Assembly: GCA_022779365.1 (NCBI GenBank)
Contig: JALFSI010000015.1
Location: forward strand, 13,698 to 77,697
Origin: Clostridiales bacterium
Lineage (GTDB): Bacteria > Bacillota > Clostridia > Oscillospirales > Oscillospiraceae
Length of the DNA: 64,000 nucleotides
Direction of reading: 5' to 3'
Part shown: one piece after another, positions 34,552 to 42,600 of the stretch
How the letters are laid out: every line of letters begins with the position of its first letter
How positions within the stretch are numbered: the first letter of the stretch is position 1
Notes under the pieces: generated by a model
Told to the model about the DNA's origin: nothing
Seen by the model: only the letters and a program-made list of their open reading frames with translations
The model's database searches: none
Program-made: the position numbers and the translations under genes

Positions 34552-35502
34552 ATGAACGAACAAACCCGGATCCCTGTGATCCTTGACGGCGACCCCGGTC
34601 ATGACGATGCCATCGCCTGGACGCTGGCAAAGGCGTCGGGGCGCATGGACATCCTTGCCGTGACGTCGGTCGCGGGCAATCAGACCATTCAGAAAACGAC
34701 CTACAACACGCAGCGTATCTGCACACTGCTCGGCATTGACGCGCCGATCGCACAGGGGCGTCCGCGCCCGCTCATCGAGCCGCCCATGAACGCGCCGTCG
34801 GTGCACGGCGAGTCAGGGCTGGACGGTCCTCCCCTGCCCGAGCCTGCGATGGGGCTGTCGGAGCTGTCGGCGTGCGAGTTGATGGCAAAGACCCTGCGCG
34901 AGAGTCTCACACCTGTTACCATCATCTCCACAGGTCCGCTCACGAACACCGCGGCGCTGCTGCTGGCGCACCCGGAGCTGAAAGAAAAGATCGCGCGCAT
35001 CTCGCTCATGGGCGGCGGCATCGCCTACGGCAACTGGACGCCCGCGGCGGAGTTCAACATCCTCGTCGATCCCGAAGCGGCAAAGATCGTCTTCCGCTCC
35101 GGCGTGCCGATCTTAATGGCGGGGCTGGATGTGACGGAAAAGGCGCTCATTTTGCCGGAGGACTTCCGGCGCATCGCCGCCATCGGAAACCCTGTCGCGG
35201 ACATCGTAGCGCAGTGGCTGGAGTTCTTCTACATTTTCCACAAAAACCTCGGCTATGACGGCGCGCCGATGCACGACCCGTGCGCGGTCATGGCGCTGCT
35301 GCACCCGGAGGTGTTCACGATGAAGCCGCTGTATGTGCAGATCGAGACCGCCGGCAAATACTGCCGCGGCGCGACCGTGGGCGACCTGCTGGGCGTCACC
35401 GGGCACGCGCCCAACGCCACCTGCATTCTGAACGTGGACCGCAAACGGTTCGCCGACCTGCTGGTGGACGCCATGCGCTTTTATGGGGAGGGTCAGAAAT
35501 GA
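34552..35502 (+). CDS. nucleoside hydrolase (IUNH family)
   Basis: N-terminal fingerprint VILDGDPGHDDAIA, plus AEFNILVDPEAA and HDP motifs. Confidence 0.9.
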   Translation: MNEQTRIPVILDGDPGHDDAIAWTLAKASGRMDILAVTSVAGNQTIQKTTYNTQRICTLLGIDAPIAQGRPRPLIEPPMNAPSVHGESGLDGPPLPEPAMGLSELSACELMAKTLRESLTPVTIISTGPLTNTAALLLAHPELKEKIARISLMGGGIAYGNWTPAAEFNILVDPEAAKIVFRSGVPILMAGLDVTEKALILPEDFRRIAAIGNPVADIVAQWLEFFYIFHKNLGYDGAPMHDPCAVMALLHPEVFTMKPLYVQIETAGKYCRGATVGDLLGVTGHAPNATCILNVDRKRFADLLVDAMRFYGEGQK

Positions 35503-36431
35503 ATACATATCCCGTCTGGATCGACTGTGACATCGGCGTGGATGATGCCATCGCGATCATGGCGGCGCACGCGCTGCCGCAGATCGACCTGCTCGGCATC
35601 TCCACTACCTGCGGCAATGCCTCGCAGGAGAACACCTACCGCAACGCACACCGGCTGAACGGGCTGCTGGGCACGGATTACCCGGTCTATCGCGGCGCTG
35701 CTTCGCCGCTGTGCCGCGAGCTGCTCACCGCCTCCCATTTCCATGGAAACGACGGTCTGGGCGATGTGGACCTGCCTGTGCCGCCGGACGCGGTGTACCG
35801 CGTGGAAGCGGCGTGGGACGCGCTGTATGAGGCGGCGGTCAAATACCCGCACACACTGCGCCTGATCGCGCTCGGACCGCTCACGAATGTCGCCACCGCC
35901 TTTTCCAAGTACCCCGACCTGCCGGGGCTGCTGCACTCCATGCTCATCATGGGCGGTGCGGCGGTCGGCGGCAACGTCACCCCGGCGGCAGAGTTCAACA
36001 TCTACTGCGACCCCGAGGCGGCGGAGCTGGTGTTCGATTCCGGCGTGCACATCGTCATGTGCGGGCTGGACGTCACGCTCAAGGCGCTGCTGCGTCCCGC
36101 CGACTGGGACGAGCTGGCGGCGACCGGCACGCGGGCTGGCAAATTCGTGCGCGACTGCGTACAGTGCGCGTGGCAGTTCTCGCAGAAATTTGGGCTGGAG
36201 GGCGTTGCGATGCACGACTCCTGCCCCGTCCTCTACCTTGCGCACCCGGAGCTGTTCCGCGCGGAAGAGGCGGGCGTAAAGATTGAGACCCGCAGCACGC
36301 TCACGCTCGGCAAAACCGTCACCGACCTCTACAGCGACAAGCAGTTCGACGAAAAGAACGCCACCGTTGTTCTGGACGTAGACCGCGACCGCTTCATCGA
36401 AATTTTGAAGGATTGCATCAAAGCCATCTGA
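35499..36431 (+). CDS. nucleoside hydrolase (IUNH family, second paralog)
   Basis: WIDCDIGVDDAIA, AEFNIYCDPEAA and HDS motifs. ATGA overlap with the first paralog. Confidence 0.9.
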   Translation: MNTYPVWIDCDIGVDDAIAIMAAHALPQIDLLGISTTCGNASQENTYRNAHRLNGLLGTDYPVYRGAASPLCRELLTASHFHGNDGLGDVDLPVPPDAVYRVEAAWDALYEAAVKYPHTLRLIALGPLTNVATAFSKYPDLPGLLHSMLIMGGAAVGGNVTPAAEFNIYCDPEAAELVFDSGVHIVMCGLDVTLKALLRPADWDELAATGTRAGKFVRDCVQCAWQFSQKFGLEGVAMHDSCPVLYLAHPELFRAEEAGVKIETRSTLTLGKTVTDLYSDKQFDEKNATVVLDVDRDRFIEILKDCIKAI

Positions 36432-36442
36432 AAAACATAACA

Positions 36443-36476
36443 AAACCGCCGGAATGCAGATGCATTCCGGCGGTTT
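36443..36476 (+). terminator. intrinsic terminator of the nucleoside operon
   Basis: 16-bp stem aaaccgccggaatgca / tgcattccggcggttt, followed by ttgc. Confidence 0.7.
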
Positions 36477-36501
36477 TTGCGGTCATCTTATACTGTTTTC
36501 T

Positions 36502-36646
36502 GATTAAATTCTTTAATCAGAAAGGTTTCGCCTTTGGCGTAACCAATTTCGTGATTTTGAAAAAATCACGAAATCTCGTCTCATAATGATCTTCATATGA
36601 AAAACTTCAATTCTATGAATTAAAGTTTTTCATTGAATATCAGTAT
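36502..36646. repeat. AT-rich island of four consecutive hairpins
   Basis: Hairpins: ctgattaaa-ttc-tttaatcag; aaagg-tttcg-ccttt; atttcgtgatttt-gaa-aaaatcacgaaat; atgaaaaactt...aaagtttttcat. Confidence 0.45.
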
Positions 36647-36684
36647 TAAAAATCGAGGGGCGGATCATCCGCCCCTCGATTTTT
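36647..36684 (-). terminator. intrinsic terminator of the giant surface-protein gene (bidirectional form)
   Basis: 13-bp stem atcgaggggcgga / tccgcccctcgat with loop tca, flanked by A- and T-runs. Located 5 nt after the stop. Confidence 0.7.
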
Positions 36685-36688
36685 CGGT

Positions 36689-39600
36689 TTATTTTGCGAT
36701 CTTCTGCGCGTAGCGGGTCAGGATGGCGGCGACCTGCGCGCGGGAGGCGTTCTCCTGCGGCGCGAGGCGACCGCTGCTGCCCTGGATGAGACCGCTTTCC
36801 ACGCACCATGCCATCGCTTCACGAGCGTAGGCGGAGACGCTGTCGTAATCCGCGAACGTCTGGATGCTCGCAGGCTCTGCCGTCACGTCGTAGCCGCAGA
36901 GCTTTGCGTAGCGGTGGAGCATCGCCGCGAGCTGCTCGCGGGTGATGCTGCGCTCCATGCCCGTGCCGTCAGACACGCCGTTTGCCATCGCCCAGGTCTG
37001 CCCCGCCGCGTACCACGGCGTGCCGGAGGTGTTTTCGCCCTCCAGACGGGCGAGGATCGTGACGATCATGCCGCGCGTCGTATCAGTGCTCGGGCTGAAC
37101 ATCGTGCGCGACGTGCCGGTCATCAAGCCGTTTTCATAGGCGTATTCCACGCCACCATAGTACCAGCTGCCTGCCGGAACATCGGTGAACGGCAGACCGT
37201 TATCATCTGCGGCAGAATCCTTCGCCGCGTCGTTCACGGAGGGCTTTGCCACCGTGCCGGTGCTGCTGCGGATGGTGTCGTATGCCTCGATGGCGTCAAA
37301 GAGCTTGTCGCGGTTCTTCACCTGCTCCTTGTGTGCGTCGTCCAGCGCTTCATACGCGCGGCGTGCGTCGCTGATGGCGCTGCCGCTGTTCTTCGTCACG
37401 TCGCCGATGGCGTCGATGAGTTCTTCGGTCCGGCGCGCTGCGAGCGTCGCTTCCGCCTCCGTCAGGCGGTCGAGGTTATTGACCTGCGACTGTTCAGCAT
37501 CCGTCAGCGCGTCATACGCCGCGCGCGCGGCTTCGATCTGTGCCGCGTCCGCCGTGGTGATGTCGCCCGTGTCCGGGAGCTGGTCGATGGTCGCCTCCAC
37601 GTCCGACACGGCGTCGCCCGTCACGGTGATGACGCACACGCCCGGACCGCTGACGCTGCTGCCCGCAGCCGCCACATAGTAAGTACCCGGCTTGCGGAAG
37701 CTGACTGCCAGCTCCGCGCTGCCGTTCGTCGTGCCAAGCTCCGTCCACCTTGTCACATCGGTGTCAGCCTCAGAAAGGTCGCTCGTGACGTAGACCTTGG
37801 TGTTTTTCAGTGTCGCATCCTGCGGCGTGCCGTTCCGCATATCCGCCCCGGCGCGGTGCAGAACGAGCGTCTGCGCCTCGCGTGCCGTCAGCCCCAGACG
37901 ATCGACCGCCGTGCCGTCCGGCTTTGCAAGGTAGGCATAGCCCGCCGCAGACGACGTCCAGTAGTCCTGCTTGCTGTACAGACCGACCTCAACGAAGTCG
38001 CCGTTTTCCAGCGTCATGTAGTCCGCCGTCGCGCCGATGCCCGGCTTCATGAGCGGGTATGTGTGATTCAGGAAATAGGTCAGGTTGGACTTGACGTCCC
38101 AGAATTTTGCGAGAGTCATCGAGCCGAATGTGCCACTGACCGTCAGCGCGTCCGTGCCGTTTGCCGCCTTCCCGCCGTTCAGCTTGTACTGCTCCACCAT
38201 ACGGATGAGCAGATGCAGCATCGTCGGCTGCTCAACGACCTTGCCGTTCGACTTCACGCTGAACTCTTCCAGACCGTAGTCTGCAAGGTCGAACCAGGTG
38301 ATCTTCACCGGCACGGCCGCCAGCATCGTCTGGTCGGCGTCATTGCCGGTCAGATACTCGCCGTCGCGCGAGAGGGAGAAGTAAACGGTCTTGGTGCGCC
38401 CCACCGTTGTCTCGCGGGTGCGCGTCCAGTGCGCGTAGATGGTGGTGGCTTCGGTAAAGACGGTATCCGCCGTCACGGCGCTGCCGCCGTCCTTTGCGGT
38501 GAACCAGCCGTCAAAGCGGTAGTTCCAGCGGTAGCCGTCCGCAGGCAGCGTGCCGAGCGCGCCGGTCGAGGTCGTGCGGACGTCCGCCGTGTCGCAGTAG
38601 CCGCCGTTCGGGTCGAGCGTGATGAGATAGCTGCCGTTTGCCTCCCACGTCAGGATGGGATAGCCGTCGTTGAGCTGGGCGCTCACGCCGTCGCGCTCAT
38701 AGCAGGTGACGTAGGCTTCAGAGTTCAGCGCCGTCACGAACGACGCCGCCTTCATCTCGGCTGCCGTGCGCGCCCTTGCGCCGTTTGGCTGGAACGCCGC
38801 GAGGAGCGGCGCTTTATAGAAGCTGCCCTGCTTGATGGGGATATAGTCGTCGCCGCCAAAGCTGCCGAACGCGCCGCCGCAGTGAACGGCAGCATCGACC
38901 GTGCCCACGTTGTAGCAGCCGAGCGGTGCGGACGCAACATACACATTGCCCGCAACACCGCCCAGATAATCTTTGCCGGTCACGCTGCCGGTATTATAGC
39001 AGCCAAGGACCTCGGCGTAGTTCTGCACCTCGCCGATCACGCCGCCCACAGACTTGGCGTCCGTTCCGCCAACGCTGCCCTTGTTGCGGCTGTAACGCAC
39101 CACGCCGTAGGAGTTCGCGCCCGCGATGCCGCCGACCTGCTGCGCGCCGGTGACGGCAGCGTCGTTGCCGCAGCGCTCCACCACGTTATTAAGCCCCACG
39201 CAGCCGACGATGCCGCCGACCTGAATGTTGCCGCTGACGCTGCCGGTAAAGAAGCAGTCGGTGATGCGCGCATTGCGCGCCTCGCCGCCTCCCGCATCCG
39301 CCATCGCGCCCGCGATGCCGCCGGTCTGGCTGACGTCGCCCGTGGCGGCGACCGTGCCGCTCACGCTCAGGTCTTTGACGAGACCGCCCTTGCCGATGAG
39401 CCCGCTCTTGCCGATGAGCCCGAAGAAGCCGACTTCATCCTCCGCACGGCTGACCTTCAGCCCCGTGATGCGCTTGCCATTGCCGTCAAACGTGCCCGTA
39501 AACGGATGCCCGGACTTGCCGATGGGATACCAGTTGGCAGTCGTGAGCGCGATGTCATTCAGCAGCTTCGCGGAAATACTGCCGTTGCCGCCGTTGACTT

Positions 39601-42600
39601 CGCTTGCAAACCAGTGAAGCTCTTTTTCAGTTGTGATCTGATACACGCCGCTGACATTGACAGGCTCATCGCAGTCCGCAAGCTCCCAAAGTCCGGCAGC
39701 GTCTGCCGTTTTGATCTCCTGCGTGGTCGCCTGCTTCACGCCGGGCTTTGTGCCGCTCGTGACCTTGACGGTCAGCGTCTTGCCCACGTCGTCCGCCGTA
39801 ACGGTGTACGCTTCGCCCGTGTCGACCTGCTTCGCGCCGCGATACCATGTATACGTCAGCGTGCCCTGATCGGTCTCGGAGGAGGCAAAGCTCGCGGTGA
39901 GCGTGCGCCCGACGACTGCCGCGCCGCGGATGCTGACAACGCCTTCCAGACCCTCGACCTTGCCGCTCGCATCTGCCTTCAAAACGCCGGAGGCATCGGC
40001 GCACAGCGCCTTGACGCGCAGCGTTCTGCCGGTGAGCGTATCGGGGATGGTGTATTCCGCCGCGTCAGTGATGGCGACGACCGCGTCGTCATTGTCATCG
40101 TAGCTGTAGTACCAGACGTAGAGCAGCCCGTTCGCGTCGCCGGTGTAATTTGCCGTCAGCTTGCCGTTGACCTCTACCTTGCCGGTAAGGGTCAGCTCGC
40201 CGCCGATGGCGGTCTTTTCAGCGAGGAGCTTCATTGCCTTCGCCAGCGCCTGCGGCATGGCGTCCAGCTCGTCCTGCGAGCTGATCTTATTGTTCGTGGG
40301 ATAGCCGTCGTCCTCGTAATCACCGCCGGTCACATCGCCGACGTTATAGAGGTTCTCGAAAACCACCTTGCTGAGATTCAAGCCCACCGCGCCGCCGACT
40401 GCGCCGCCGAGGGCTTCGACGTTACCCGCATTGTATGCGCCCTTGACCGTGCCGTTGTTCCTGCCGACCACGCCGCCGACATAGCCGTGCAGGGTGCTCA
40501 CCGTGCTGACGATCGCGCCGTTGTTGGCGCAGCTCGTGACCGTGCCGCCGTCATTGTCAGCCGCAACACCTGCCGCCATCATCCCTTTGGCGCGGATGAT
40601 GCCGCTGTTGGCACAGCCCGTGATCGTACCCTTTGTGTTGCTTGCCGCGATACCGCCGACGTACCTGTCGCCGGTGACCGCCGCATTGTTCACGCAGGTT
40701 TCGACCGTTCCGCTGTTCACCGCCGTGATACCGGCAGCGCAGTTGCCGCCCTTGAGCGTACCGTGCGTGGTGCAGCTCGTGATCGTGCCGGTATTGCTTG
40801 CCGCCAGAATGGCGCTGTTGTCGCCGCCGACAACAATGCCGGTCACGTTAAGATTCTTGAGCTTACCGCCGTTCGCGGCAAACAGTGCCGCGCTGCCGCG
40901 CTCATTTTTGCAGTAGAGATTCGTGATGGCAAAGTCCGCGCCGTCCAGCTCGCCCGTGAAGCCGCCGTCCACCGGCGTCCAGTCGCGGTTGTTGAGGTCG
41001 ATGTTCGCCGTCAGAACGCCCCGGATGGCGGGCGTCGCCGCCGCGTGGTCCGCGAACCACTTGAGGTCCGCCGCGCTTGCGATCTGGTACACGCCGCCAT
41101 CAGTCTTAGGCTCAGCCGCGGAGGCTTTGCCGTCCCAGCCGTCAGGTTCGATGGCGGGATGGTCGGGATCGACCGGCTCACCCGAGCCGCTGTTCTGCCA
41201 CGCGAGGATGGGATAGCCGCGGTTGATGTTCTCGCTGTCCGCCGTGAACTTGTCGCTGAGGTCGGCGCTCGTCAGGGCCTTCAGCTCGTCCTCCGTTTTG
41301 AGGGTCGCCGTGCCGTTCTGGATGGCGTAGCCATTGAGGTTGCCGACGGTCTCCGTGACCGCCTCGTTGCTCAGCCCATAGACCTTTTCAAGCGTTCTTT
41401 GCTGTGGGTCTTCCAGTCTCCCGAGGATGCTGCCTGCTTTTACGGCGGTCGGCACGGTGCTGCTGTACGAATTTTTCAGCGTGCCATAACGGAAATTGCC
41501 GAGCAGTCCGCCCGCTGCGCCAGAGGGCGATGTAGCAGTCACAGAGCCGGTATTGTAGCAGTCCGTGATCGTGCCGCCGTTATACAGATCACCTACCAAA
41601 CCGCCGACCAGACTTGCTCCCTTCACCTTGCCGGTGTAGAAGCACTCTGTCATGGCAGTGGAGCTTTTTGACTGCACGCAGCCGACAACGCCGCCTATGC
41701 GAGTGCCCTCGCCGGTGACGGTCGCTGCGCTGGAGGATCTTGTGATCGAGCCGTCCACATAACCGGCAACACCGCCGACATAACTCGATATGCCGTAAAC
41801 TGTTACCGAGCTTGTAACATGGCAGTTTTCCACATTATACGCATCGCCAGCGACCGCGCCAACACTTTTGCCACGGTTTGCAGCGGTGCTTCTGTTTTCG
41901 ATCAAACTGTCCGAAATGGTCAGGTTGCAGATCATGCTGCCCTCATCCGCATATCCGATCAGTCCCGTATAACTGGCACGCTTATCCGCGCTGGTGGACT
42001 TTGCAAGAATGTATAGCCCGCTGATCGTGTGACCATCGCCGTCAAAAGTACCCTTGTACTTATCGGAGGTGTTATAGTCCTTATACCAGCCGATCGGCGT
42101 CCACTTATGGAGCTTGCTCGTGTCCTCGATCGTAACATCCTCGTTGATGCAAATATCCGCCGTGAGCTTTACAGAATCGGAGGTTTTGCCGTTTTCATTG
42201 AACCACATCAGTTCATCCGGCGAGCCGATCTGATATACGCCGTTTTCATCCTTCTGCGGCTCGGTATAGGTCTTGCCGTCCCACGCGGTCTGGACCTCCA
42301 GCACCGCGCCGGGGATGCTCGCCGCGCCGTTTTCAACGGTGAAGTCGCCGCTGACCGACTTGTAGCCGGAGCAGGAGATGGTATAGTGATAGCTGCCGTT
42401 CGGCAGGCGGTAGCTTCCGTCAGCCTCCGCCGTCAGCGTTTTCTGCCACACAGGGCAGGTAACGGTGACGGTCGGGTCGATCGCCGCGCCGTCCGCCGCC
42501 GTGATCGCGCCGACGCTCACGGGGTAGGTATCCAGCGCCGTAAGCGTGACGCTCTGCGTGTCCGCCGTCTCGTTGCCGGTCACGGTAAACGTGCCCGTCG

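Noticed and set aside
36914-41671. 1585-aa ORF on the plus strand, plus a 454-aa ORF at 42029-43393, antisense to the giant gene
   Set aside because: The translation is low-complexity and Arg/Ala/His/Asp-rich with no motifs. This is typical of stop-free antisense frames in GC3-rich genes. The minus strand encodes a coherent modular protein with a signal peptide, RBS and SLH anchor.
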